IMG/VR virus record: IMGVR_UViG_3300037454_000906
Span: 160,001-224,000 of that record
Strand: one strand, 5' to 3'
Source of the DNA: a virus
DNA length: 64,000 bases
The translations under genes and the position numbers were made by a program. The notes below the pieces were generated by a model, which saw only the letters and a program-made list of their open reading frames with translations, made no database searches and was not told the DNA's origin. Shown one piece after another: positions 36,801 to 46,800 of this stretch (position 1 is its first letter; each line of letters begins with the position of its first letter).

Positions 36801-37032
36801 GATCGGATGTATACGGGGCATACCCGCACGTCCCGTTGGCCCACGACTGGTAAAAGTCATACAGTCGGTAGATATCCGTCCGGTCGAGCGTCAGGCTGAG
36901 CCCAAAACGCTTTACCGTGTACCCGTTGGAGGAGCCAGCCGCGATACATGAGCGCACCAGGGCGTTAAGCACCGCACGTGAGTTGAAAGTTAGAGCATCA
37001 ATCTGCTTGGTCAACTTGTACATCGAGTCCAT
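33865..37032 (-). CDS. Tail fibre/adhesin-like protein with YadA-like head repeats
   Basis: SVTLGGFNDIAYGADSAIIGGYHNLALGPQSAILSGYINTTAG repeats; NALNYHT...GVNQTVVGQMN. Confidence 0.75.
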   Translation of the reverse strand: MDSMYKLTKQIDALTFNSRAVLNALVRSCIAAGSSNGYTVKRFGLSLTLDRTDIYRLYDFYQSWANGTCGYAPYTSDPDEFSSILLICDSKWKGDGRPVTKAVVTHSKILYLVTSNKDNTSDDYWTGLVRDSASPKLVTNSAPIPLNLRTPLYDADLSTKSFSQYETYLFPSGYNKIGITGMPGDGEDHVGGGRSWLWDIDETLEVTAPRIMLGYHSNPSRRLDNFLGHKYGMSFGRESYPLGERSVTLGGFNDIAYGADSAIIGGYHNLALGPQSAILSGYINTTAGQNSVSFGMRVDSIAPNSMAGNMDTVAGDFAYDFTIEEPESGVTVVDCEAIEDRVAGKCVVTEGSTGVLEGEGRNTVRISYASLVSEGFWDINIERGDTVIVYAQTRKEGNRTYKATDTKGYAFKPLTFKVTGISRSNGDYLVQLDGNIPRGETFESMWVNGGKISRYEVNVREMAYNGSLGPTVTKRPGHSSNALNYHTFTSGVNQTVVGQMNAGNRDAKFIVGIGSSYVGNKAFRRNGLVVAQGYSYLQTADRAAMIGMSDYGNKMYRDYDALYAMDGAWLRHSHTGEFSGYVVANDTRTKISLESRDGTHENNLTFVRSGSSYLSSRFDVTTRLESMAGTMVITAGSYVGARHTYEALLEQGPLRVGEGNGIAIYSENGMELRNTNEDRMMSFHNSGYISSTFKGLFLNGQTWGALTATDEARSFWVYHDMHNRYSDAFMQNGHAVDYPNVIARSGFFYGQNDWKPGHTPSSGRINLPSKVRGGWESNQGRGLHIINSAVSYVNQSGDRGYDVSCLVLPGQVRSDDIANPPHPKFINSFIYGTGNNGVMPKETYVAEELAYLSDVEHSRPVSYISYIQYDSVRKTFSRTLANSSADNIDYRPPTFDAGTFHEADIFAGTSTGMSGYFGNISGSRFAIQPESGSHTPGILASDDSPNCISLKRYGSTVSAGIIVDMPGTPDKFSEVLVVSYRDPCAELGITGSLILNGAGLGGVSVSCTISRVIGKTFTIDDTDYDSAYMYDFLIKSPDPNAVAGTKVPITLVGTI

Positions 37033-37138
37033 TGCAAACCACCGTTAAATTTTAATTAAAATGCCCGTATCCGAGCCTTGTGAGCGGTATACGGGCAAAC
37101 GTGACTCCTGCGCTACAGCTTATATGTTTCGGGAGCCC

Positions 37139-38284
37139 CTAAATGGCGAAAGTTCCGAACCTGTCGTAAGCCGGGCCTAGCCTACCCGTGCCGCAGTTCG
37201 CCATGCCCATGAACCCGCCGTCATCGACGTGCTCGAGGGGCATCGGTTCCGCGTTCCGCAAGTTGTAGATATCCTGGCGTTCGATGGCCACATCAACGTT
37301 GTTGATAAGACTATCGATGTACCTGCGGTCGTAAATCTTGCGACTGTGCCACAGGGTGGTCCTGTCATTCCCATTCAGCTTGTTCACCTGAAGGAGACAC
37401 TTCTTCGCGAGGTCGTAGTTCTTCGAAATGAAGTTGTATCTCGCACGGTAGAAATACCCCTCCGGCCTGTCCGGGAATTCCTCGATCATCTGCATCGCAC
37501 GCGCCCCCAGCTCTTCAAGGTCAGGGACGCCCATCAGGTATATTTCGCAAATCGTTTCAAGCGACTTGAAGCGATTCTCGTTCAACACCTGCGGAAACTC
37601 GTCAACCACGACAGAATACCATTCGGCGGCCTTACCGAGATCCTTCAGGTCCTTGTAGGAGTTGCCCAGGTAGAACGCGTCGCGCTGCGTGCGGTTCATT
37701 TTCCAGGACTTTTCCAGGGCAAGCAGGTTCCTGCGCGTGTCACGGGTTGCCTTGTAGTTCTCGAATACAATCTTCGTGCGGATGTCGTTGGCCCCGTTTC
37801 TATCCGTCTTGTCCACCATCATCTCATGGATCATGCCGGTGAAATGCGCCTTCTCCCGTTTCAGGATACGCAATCTCGGGAACTGGAACGTCTTGGACAC
37901 CTTCGTATCCATAGCTATCGCGGCATCAGGGTTTTTCGCGACAATCGCCTCGAATTCCCGCCTGGCATCCTTTCCGTCTTTGAGGATGTCGTTGGCATCG
38001 ACCCACATCACGTAATCGCAATGGGCGAGAGAGATGGCGTAGTTCTTCGCCGCGCCGAAATCGAATATGCCGTCCTCGTCGTGGAATTTGCCCCCAACTT
38101 CCTCATGCACGAACCCGGGGTTGCCGTGCTTGGTACGCCATTGCTTCACCAGCTCGATGGTGCCGTCTGTCGAGCCGGTGTCCACTATGACGTATTCGTT
38201 CGCCATGGGGAGCAGCGCATCGAGGCACTTCAATATGCTCGCCTTGGCATTCTTGACTACGATGCAAGCGCTCAGTGTGGCCAT
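37139..38284 (-). CDS. GT2-family glycosyltransferase with TPR-like C-terminus
   Basis: LSACIVVKNA...VIVDTGSTDGT...FGAAKNYAI...VMWVDAND...IHE; helical YLGNSY/YFYRA repeats. Confidence 0.88.
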   Translation of the reverse strand: MATLSACIVVKNAKASILKCLDALLPMANEYVIVDTGSTDGTIELVKQWRTKHGNPGFVHEEVGGKFHDEDGIFDFGAAKNYAISLAHCDYVMWVDANDILKDGKDARREFEAIVAKNPDAAIAMDTKVSKTFQFPRLRILKREKAHFTGMIHEMMVDKTDRNGANDIRTKIVFENYKATRDTRRNLLALEKSWKMNRTQRDAFYLGNSYKDLKDLGKAAEWYSVVVDEFPQVLNENRFKSLETICEIYLMGVPDLEELGARAMQMIEEFPDRPEGYFYRARYNFISKNYDLAKKCLLQVNKLNGNDRTTLWHSRKIYDRRYIDSLINNVDVAIERQDIYNLRNAEPMPLEHVDDGGFMGMANCGTGRLGPAYDRFGTFAI

Positions 38285-38288
38285 CGGG

Positions 38289-38819
38289 TTAGTCCCTCAC
38301 GATACCGGCGCCGTCGTTGAAGAGAATGTTCCAGACGTACCAGTCGTTGTTGAAGAACAATTTTTCCCAGATGTGATTCGCATCATCCTTGACGACGATA
38401 TTCGGGAGTTCCGCCGGCGTGATGGTACGGAGGTCGACCTCGACAGATTCGTTCAGCGTTTCAACGCGGGCCTTGACGATCTCATTCTGGGCCTTGATGG
38501 CATCGGCATACGGTTCTGCAAATTTTTCAATCTGCTTGTCAAGGTCGGCCCGCTGCTCGGGAGTAAGTTTAGCCTCGTCCGCCGCATTGCGGATTCCTGC
38601 ATCGAAGCGGATTTTCCTGCGACCTGCCTCGTACTCAAGGAACTTGGGATCGTCGGGGAATCCCTCGCCGATTTCCTTCCATTCCTCGTAGCACCTCTTC
38701 AGATTGACGGAGAACGCATAGCGCACCTTGCAGGAAATTGGGCCATCGAACACGATGTCGGCGTTCATAAGGACCTTGCGGAGTTCAAGAAGATAACCCC
38801 TCTTCACGCTCATTTTCAT
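38289..38819 (-). CDS. Hypothetical helical protein, possibly tail-assembly chaperone (DUF1617-like)
   Basis: KVRYAFSVNLKR...LNESVEVDLRTIT pattern; tail context. Confidence 0.5.
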   Translation of the reverse strand: MKMSVKRGYLLELRKVLMNADIVFDGPISCKVRYAFSVNLKRCYEEWKEIGEGFPDDPKFLEYEAGRRKIRFDAGIRNAADEAKLTPEQRADLDKQIEKFAEPYADAIKAQNEIVKARVETLNESVEVDLRTITPAELPNIVVKDDANHIWEKLFFNNDWYVWNILFNDGAGIVRD

Positions 38820-38870
38820 AAAAACTGCCTCGTTTGATACATAGTTTGACAGTGGGAAACTAGTTCAAAA

Positions 38871-39539
38871 TCACCGTTTCCAGTCATCGGGTATGAATTT
38901 CCAGCAATCTATCGCCGCCTTGCACCCGGAGCAACACCTTGTCTTTTTCAGCCTGGTGTATTCCAGGGCATACTTATCCGGCCAGTCGGTGTATTTTACC
39001 GCAATATGCTTACATTGGAGGGGGTGGCCGTGGGGTTCCATGTAGCCGGTGAACTTGAATCCATGCGATTCCCCCGGCAACGGTTCGTTGTCCAATCCGA
39101 TGAGCCGATAGTCCCACCCATTCTCCTTACAGACACGTTCCTTTTCTTCGCTATCTATCTGGTCAACAATCAGTATCTTGTCGAAGTATTTTGGCGGATT
39201 GTTCAGCTGGTGGAACGCGGCCACCCGGATTGCCCCGGGATTTGGTTCGATCGGCAGGAGCCCGTTGGTCTTCACGACCACATGATAATTTTTCTTTACA
39301 AGCCACCCGATTAGTTCGTCGATGCCGTTGTACAGTGCCGGCTCACCCCCGGTAAGCTCGATTACCCAGTTGGTGGGAAGGTTCATGTATATCCAGGGAA
39401 GCAAACGCTTGTTTGTCAGTACATAATCCGGGTTATCGGTGTTGCGATACCGTGCCATGGGGCAATGCCAGCAGGCGAGGTTACACCTACTGGTCAGAGA
39501 AATCTGGAACATTCCCCCAATTCCCACGTTGCTACTCAC
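38871..39539 (-). CDS. Radical SAM protein
   Basis: CNLACWHC (CxxxCxxC), LTGGEP, KTNG; C-terminal Cys cluster. Confidence 0.88.
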   Translation of the reverse strand: MSSNVGIGGMFQISLTSRCNLACWHCPMARYRNTDNPDYVLTNKRLLPWIYMNLPTNWVIELTGGEPALYNGIDELIGWLVKKNYHVVVKTNGLLPIEPNPGAIRVAAFHQLNNPPKYFDKILIVDQIDSEEKERVCKENGWDYRLIGLDNEPLPGESHGFKFTGYMEPHGHPLQCKHIAVKYTDWPDKYALEYTRLKKTRCCSGCKAAIDCWKFIPDDWKR

Positions 39540-39547
39540 ATGGATTC

Positions 39548-42500
39548 TTACGGTTCATTATTGTTGGACGGCGTATAGAACAGGCCGGTTCCCAGCTCAA
39601 TGATACGGTCGTTCGCCCAATCCGAAACGGTGACTTTCACACTAGTTGACGCGGTGGCTGTATTATCATACCTGACGCATATATAGCGTTTCTGCGATTC
39701 GATAGTTGGTGACTCGGCAGTAATATCCGCACTGAACAGGTATGCACAGTACCCGACTTTGCACAAGTGGCCATAGCATTCGCAATGGGAATCGACCGTA
39801 TCCAGCTTAAACCGGATGACCGGGGAATGGTCGGAGCCGAGAATTTCGGCCAACTGCTCCATGAAATCCGTGTTTTCCGGCATGGTCCATACGTTGTCGG
39901 CACCATCGTGCAGATCCTTCAAAACCTTTAACGTCGTGCCATCGGTGCCATACAGGGACACTATGTTCCTCGCGCCCCTGGACAGTACCAGGTGCATCGT
40001 GCCGTCCAGTTCCTGTTTGTGATCCACCGCCAAAACCATGCCGCCAAACGGGCACGATGTCGTACCAGTTACCGAAACCGGGTGTATCAAAGTCGAATCA
40101 TCTTCATCGGCCAACACGTCAATGTCGCCTATCTCAGACCACGGCTTGGACATATTCCCGATCTTGATTAAGCCAAAGTTGTCCGAGTAATCAGGCGTAT
40201 CGCTGGATAACTCGGCGCTAGGTAACCCGGCAAGGGTAATGCCGCCTGTGTATATCATTGGGGCATTCGGTTTGGTTACCATGGCGGACACTTCGCCCCT
40301 GGTTTTGCCATAGAACGGCGATCCCACGTCATCGTAAGTGTCGTCGGGTCCGGTAAACATTGCATCATCGATGCCAAATAAGCGGTATGCGCTATAACCG
40401 TAAATTCCCATGGTTTCGCCGGCATAACCGGAACCCAGCATCACCAAAGCATCCGAATAGCTATGGGTGGCAACTTGATATCTTGATGATAATCCCAGCG
40501 AAACATGATTCCCAAATATATGGACGTTGCTAAGACTTGCGTATGACGCAGGACCGTCGTTGTATCCATCGAGAGAGTTGTCATCACCGAACACGCTCAC
40601 GTTGGCAAGCGTTACATACGATGACGTATTTCTCTCCCCGATTACACAGAGTCCATTGGTTCCCCAGCTGAATAAGGTATTGCTGTTGCCAAGAATGAAT
40701 GTCGTTTTCAGTGGAGCCGGATTCAGACGGTCATCCAATGTGTCATCGATGGTCACGTGGCCATCGGCATCCACATGGATTCCCCCGTATATGTGATTTT
40801 CACTTCCACTCAGCGTATATGTCGTCCACGACTGCGTGTCCTCATCCCATACATCCAGGTTACCGTCGCCAATTACGACATAATATGAATCCGGGATAAG
40901 GGTGCCGTTTGTCCTCGCTTGGTTAAACCCTTCGCGTGTCTTAACGTTGTCATCATTCAGATCGAGATTGCTTATGCCATTATCCGTACCAACCATGATG
41001 GTCGACTCTGATACATCGGGAACAAAATTGTTTGCACCGATGGCAATCGTACTTTGGGAATGGTTGCCCACTTCTCCGGTACCGATGAGCAGGCTATTTG
41101 TTACCCCATCGATCAAGTCTGTCGTGGGGTGCCGCAGTTCGGAATTCACCCTAAATGGACCACCAACCTTAAAGCCCCCATCATTGGCAATAACCATGGT
41201 TCTTGATGTCGGCTTGTACACCATGGCACCAACTGCCATAGTGTGTTGCAACGATGGCCGCGGTGGTTCAAGCATCCCCCCGTTACGGTGGTACCATTCT
41301 TCTTCATTTTCATTATAGTATGAATGAAGAAAGTTTTCAATCGATATACTCCTATTAACCTCGATTGACTCATCAAATGATTCGCGATGATATGGGGAAT
41401 CCAAGGAGTCAAGCAGAATCGAATCCCTGATAAATCCGTAGCGCAAGGGTTCCGTGCTTTGCGTATCACTCAGAATCAACGAATTACGGATCGTGTCCTC
41501 TGCAGCGTTCTCTTCAGCAGGCGCCACAGAAATACTACCTATCACAACCGATGCACCCACGGTGCCTTCAATATTCATTCTACCCATTGCACCGATGATG
41601 GCATGGTCAACATCATTCAGGGTAACCGGATGGAGGTTTGCAGTGGCAGCATCAACGTCGCAATTACCAAATAGGATGGAATACTTGGAATCCTTTATAT
41701 CCATCCCAACTGCACCCAAGATTGTCATGTGGTCGGAATTTTCGGCACGCACTATTTCCGAACCAAGAATAGTGGAAAAGGCGCCGTCACTATACACCAT
41801 GTTGCCTTGAGTGACCGAGTAATCGCCAGCACCCGCCGTATCATCGCCAAGGACCAGGGAATCCACCCCGGCAGAATACCCATCCGCGAATAGCGATTCC
41901 GGGATGGCATCCGTTCGCGTTATACCGAGGAACTTTCGCGTAGTTGCCGAGGTCGTAGTCTCTTCGGTAACGATTCCCGTCGTAAGGTCGATCACCACAT
42001 ACTTTAACTGATCCCGGTTTTCCCATACATAAATGTGGTTGTCGTTAATCACCTGGGTATTGCCAGAATCTCCGTATCCAACGTCAGTCGCAATCTTGTC
42101 CCTGAACCACTCGGCACCATAGATGGAAATTATTCCTTCAATTTCCTGGAATGTCAACGACTGAATATTGGGGGCGCTATTGTAATCCACTAACCCCACG
42201 CAGTAGAGGTAGGAATCCGGCATCTCCAGTTCCGCGCCATCAACCATGGTGCTAAACGAATGCATGATGCATGACTTCTTTACCCCGGTCGGAGAATTGT
42301 TTATCAATCCGAATACCGCTGGGATGTTGGAACCGTCACCCTCTTCACACGTGTAAATTCCACGCACGGAACCTGCCTTGTCAACACCATCGACAAGATT
42401 CTTCAAGTAATCATGCGTATGGTTCTTCGGCGCATACCTGGACAGGTCAAGGTCCTGATTGCAACACTCGCCCCCGTCATTAATCTGCTGCTTCATTGCG

Positions 42501-43816
42501 TTCAATTCGAGGGACAGGTCGGTGACCGCCTCGGACATGCTCGCGCTGGCCAGAAGCTGATTCTTGTACCACGTGGTTGCGTCGTTTTCGTACAGGTTGT
42601 AATAGATTGCCGTACGACGTTCAATCTGGCCATCCGTATCCTCGGGGAACTTGATGGAAAATTCAAGCGAGAACTTGGCGATGCCACCTTCCCCTGACTG
42701 CGGATCATCAGATATAATAATATCGTTAATGTCAGCCACCGCCACGAGAACCGGTTCGGCATCACCATCAATTTCGAACTGTACCTTCTGTGCATTGCAG
42801 TCATCGGTTTCGGTAAACGCCGAGTACCGGTGTGCTGTCATGGGAACCGCGTAAATGCCGATACGGTTAAAACAGAAGCTCGTGTATTTACCCAAGAAAT
42901 CATCGCTATCCTGATCTTGAGAATCGGAGTTATCGGGTTCCCGGTAGTTCAGGGCAGTATATCCACGGTCCGACGATACCGGACTCAGGTCAATCGAATA
43001 CTTTATTGCCGAGGCAAGCGGTTTTTTCGCCGAGGAATTGTCCGGCGCGTATGTTTCGGCGAGCTTCTTCCCGTTATCATTAATTACCGTGTAATGGCTA
43101 ATGGGGAATAGCTTGGTGGCTTTGCTCATGTTGTGGCAGGATGACACGGAGGACACGCCGTACCCTTCGCTGCTCACGGTCCCATGGAACTTGTTGAAAT
43201 TGGATATTGAATCAAGCTGAGCCTGGGTGGCATATTCCTCATCCCAAGTTTCGGTGGAACCATTCCATCCCAGATCAGGATCAGATACGTTTACGCCGAC
43301 GTAGTAACGGTAGTCACCGGACACCTGGAGTTCGCTGGACTTATAGTACAGTGGAGCGGGGAGCGGAATCTCGGAATTATTTTCACCATTCACCCCCTTG
43401 TAGATGTATGCGCCGACCCGTTCAAGAGTATTTTCCCCGTTGCCATTGGGCACACTCTTCCACGTAACCAACTGGTTGTAGCTCGTGTCCTCACCGGAGA
43501 CAGCGTTATGGTACACATACCGGTAGTTGGTACGAATGCTCTTGTCGTACATCGTGAGACCAAACAGCGATGTTGATGCAGATGTTTCCGGGTTAGCCTG
43601 CGCGTACCCGTTAAGCATGTCACCTTGCCATATGTTGAATATATAGTCGCCGGTCGTAGTCAACTCGCCGGTCTGGGCCGCATTATCCAAGCTGTCGTGT
43701 TCCTTATCGGGAACATAGGCGAGACCATAGTACCCAATCCAGTAACGGGATTCCCCGTCGCCAAGGTTACCGTTAAGAAGCGCCGCACCGTATTTGGTCA
43801 ATCTCATATTTTTCAT
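39548..43816 (-). CDS. Baseplate-anchored long tail fibre
   Basis: N-terminal MRLTKYGAALL and FNRIGIYA...LVAVA resemble the tail-collar anchor; HTH motif (NHTHDY); S-x-x-x-G repeats. Confidence 0.75.
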   Translation of the reverse strand: MKNMRLTKYGAALLNGNLGDGESRYWIGYYGLAYVPDKEHDSLDNAAQTGELTTTGDYIFNIWQGDMLNGYAQANPETSASTSLFGLTMYDKSIRTNYRYVYHNAVSGEDTSYNQLVTWKSVPNGNGENTLERVGAYIYKGVNGENNSEIPLPAPLYYKSSELQVSGDYRYYVGVNVSDPDLGWNGSTETWDEEYATQAQLDSISNFNKFHGTVSSEGYGVSSVSSCHNMSKATKLFPISHYTVINDNGKKLAETYAPDNSSAKKPLASAIKYSIDLSPVSSDRGYTALNYREPDNSDSQDQDSDDFLGKYTSFCFNRIGIYAVPMTAHRYSAFTETDDCNAQKVQFEIDGDAEPVLVAVADINDIIISDDPQSGEGGIAKFSLEFSIKFPEDTDGQIERRTAIYYNLYENDATTWYKNQLLASASMSEAVTDLSLELNAMKQQINDGGECCNQDLDLSRYAPKNHTHDYLKNLVDGVDKAGSVRGIYTCEEGDGSNIPAVFGLINNSPTGVKKSCIMHSFSTMVDGAELEMPDSYLYCVGLVDYNSAPNIQSLTFQEIEGIISIYGAEWFRDKIATDVGYGDSGNTQVINDNHIYVWENRDQLKYVVIDLTTGIVTEETTTSATTRKFLGITRTDAIPESLFADGYSAGVDSLVLGDDTAGAGDYSVTQGNMVYSDGAFSTILGSEIVRAENSDHMTILGAVGMDIKDSKYSILFGNCDVDAATANLHPVTLNDVDHAIIGAMGRMNIEGTVGASVVIGSISVAPAEENAAEDTIRNSLILSDTQSTEPLRYGFIRDSILLDSLDSPYHRESFDESIEVNRSISIENFLHSYYNENEEEWYHRNGGMLEPPRPSLQHTMAVGAMVYKPTSRTMVIANDGGFKVGGPFRVNSELRHPTTDLIDGVTNSLLIGTGEVGNHSQSTIAIGANNFVPDVSESTIMVGTDNGISNLDLNDDNVKTREGFNQARTNGTLIPDSYYVVIGDGNLDVWDEDTQSWTTYTLSGSENHIYGGIHVDADGHVTIDDTLDDRLNPAPLKTTFILGNSNTLFSWGTNGLCVIGERNTSSYVTLANVSVFGDDNSLDGYNDGPASYASLSNVHIFGNHVSLGLSSRYQVATHSYSDALVMLGSGYAGETMGIYGYSAYRLFGIDDAMFTGPDDTYDDVGSPFYGKTRGEVSAMVTKPNAPMIYTGGITLAGLPSAELSSDTPDYSDNFGLIKIGNMSKPWSEIGDIDVLADEDDSTLIHPVSVTGTTSCPFGGMVLAVDHKQELDGTMHLVLSRGARNIVSLYGTDGTTLKVLKDLHDGADNVWTMPENTDFMEQLAEILGSDHSPVIRFKLDTVDSHCECYGHLCKVGYCAYLFSADITAESPTIESQKRYICVRYDNTATASTSVKVTVSDWANDRIIELGTGLFYTPSNNNEP

Positions 43817-43872
43817 GGCGAAAACCCAATTTTTCTCGAAACTAGTTTATAATTTACAGAACTCCGGAAAAG

Positions 43873-46800
43873 CTAAAACGCACAGTTGGTTAGGCCAGGA
43901 TCAGCATACTCGATATCACCAATTACCTGATTTGTTTCCAGTTCATCCACGTCAACCCCGTCATCGACATGTCCGGAAACCAATGCGGCACCGAACTCAG
44001 TAACGCCGACCACTGGGCCCACCACTTCCAGGTTCATTTCAATCTCATCCACGTATTTAAGGAGAACATCCCTGAAAACCACGTTAATGGGCTTCCAAAC
44101 ACGGATTTGCTCACGGATTCGCCCGATATCATCTGGCTGAATGGCAAACTGGGGGAACCGCGCGTCATCGGTAAGCTCGATGTCCACATATGGCGTGGAA
44201 ACCCATGAACCTTCCAACGTACCCTCCATCGTATCGGTCCTCAACCTATCCTTGACTTCGGCCTCACTCAGCATCTCCTCATAAGGGTGCATCGTGTTCG
44301 TATAGAGGGTAAGTACATCGCCTATTACGCCGAATGCCCCCATGAGCATTTTCAGACCCGCCCCTGTGCCACCCAGCGCATAATACTGGGGCAGGTTCAA
44401 GACGGCCTCACGAATGGCCTTTTCCTGCTCCGTTATCGTCCTGTATAGATTGCTGCTTTCTATATCCTCCGCCATTGGAGTAAGGTCGTACCCCATGAAT
44501 CTGGCCAGGTAGCCTATCAGGTCGAAGTCGATGACGTTCGCATCCCTAAGGTATGCAAGCCTCTCGATCTTCTCTATGAGTGGATACTTCATGTCAGGAA
44601 CACCATGGAACGACGATTTCATCCCATCCCTCGGGGCCACGTTAGCGTAATCCTCGTTGGACGAGTATTCGGCATTCGGGTCGCGGGTGGTATCAATATC
44701 CGGGAGAGCCGGGCGGTTGAATACTGGGTTGCGCACCATGTACATCCTGGAGGCGTACGCCCGCTGTGCATTGGCGGCCACATCAACGTCGGAATACGTA
44801 ACATACTTGTACTCGTCAACGTTCGCATCCGCGGCGGCATCATCGAAATACGGATTCCGATATTCATCGACCCTCATCTGGCGTACCTTGACTATGCGCT
44901 TTTTCTTCAGCACGGTCCACCGGGCGCCTTCCCTGACAAGATAGGACATGCGTTCAGACGGAACCTGTTGGCCGGCGGCTATGATTATGTCGCCATCCAT
45001 GAACCTATACTTTGTCCACTTCATGCTTGGGAGTCCAGCCGGGGACAGGCTTTCAAGGCGCAGCTGGTATTCGCCCTCCCGGTTGGCCAGGTTGTCCATA
45101 CCGGGCATCGTGATTATGCCGCGCGCAATCGACATGCCCGAATGGTATGTTCCATAGGTCACCTCAACGACAACGGAAGTTGGATTCGGGACCGATACCA
45201 CCTTGCCCATCGCATAATTCCCGAGACCGGTGGTCTCGTCGAACGCGGAGAAATCGTAACCGAATACGACCATGTCCATTGGAGCCAGCCCGTGCTCGTA
45301 GCGAGTCTTCAAACGGCGGATGCCGTCGCTGTCGATGGACATCTGCTCAGTAACGTTCTTTCCGGTGAACGTTGCCTGGGAACTGATCTTGTCCCATTCT
45401 ATTTCATCGGCGGTAAACTTGTACCACCTGCATTCGCGCACCTGCATCGTCAAGTCGCTCGTCGGGATGCCGGTGGGCTGGTGGGTATTGTACAGGCGCA
45501 TTCCCATATCAAAGGAATATGGGCTGTGCACGCGTTCCACTACGTGGAAACCGCAATAGTCGGATGGCGTGACGTTGGATATGTAGAGAACTGTCTTGCC
45601 CTCGATGAACCGCCGGTTATCGGGAATGAAGTGCAGGAGCGGATCAGCTAGGGACACCGTGGCCGTACCATCGCCGTTGTAGGTTATGGTCCTAATAGTC
45701 AAGGGGTCACCAAGCGCAATCGGCGGGTTGGTATCGGAAATATCGAACATGTTGGTTTGGGAGAATATACCGAACGGAACAATCAGTCCATTGCGCTCGA
45801 CTTCCCGCCACATGCCGACATCAACTTCATAGAATTTCTTCGGAGTGCCATCCGCATCGGTTATGACAACCACGTCACCCTGGGCAATCGGCTTGCGCAA
45901 ATACGCCACACCGGTCAATACCGGAACCGCATCAGTCCCAATGTCGATGGTGAGTCCGCGCAAATCATCGTCTACCGACACGATTCCGTACGGGCCGGCT
46001 GGGAACGGGGCGGTTCCATCGGATACACGACAGCCTTCCAGATACAGCGAATCTCCCGTGCGAAGGGTATATACCGGGTTAGCGATACGCAAATGCACCG
46101 TTGTCCCGGCAATGTCCGCCACAGTTTCGATGCGCACGTTATGGTCGCCGATGTATGTAACGGCGCCGTCTTGTTTCGCGGCATAGCACGTGCTTCCGGA
46201 TAACCCCGGGTCGCCCTCGATTTCATACGTGAACACGTCACCGTCAACGACAACCACCGGGGCAAACGCGACATTGAAATCCAGTTCCTCTCCACGGATG
46301 GCAGCTGGTGCGATACCGGTCACAGTTACCATCGATCCATCCACCAATCCGTGAGCAGCCGAATGGACAGTCACTTTCCAACGGGTTAGATCCAGGCGTT
46401 CCGCTGACAGATACATTGGGTCATCGATATCGATGGCGACACTGGAGGCACATCCGCGCGTAATGACCGGATGTGGATATGACCATATCGACTTGGGCAG
46501 CAAGTCACTGTTGACAATATCCATCGCGGAATCGACGGTGAGAGTTTCGGCGGCACCCGTGCGCTCGGTAGAATGGAATTCGACCATGCCGTTGCGCGCG
46601 CGACCGGAAAGATTCAACATGTCGCCATAGTTGAGGAAATCACGATGCTCCCATCCATATTTCAAGGTCTTTTCCTCGACCTTCGTTATGTACAGTGGCG
46701 AAGTGAACACTTCCGGGTCGGTGTCGTAGTTGATGCGCTCGCCATATTCCATGGCCGCGATAGGCCCGTAGTATGGCATGAATGCGTTAAACCGTTCGAC

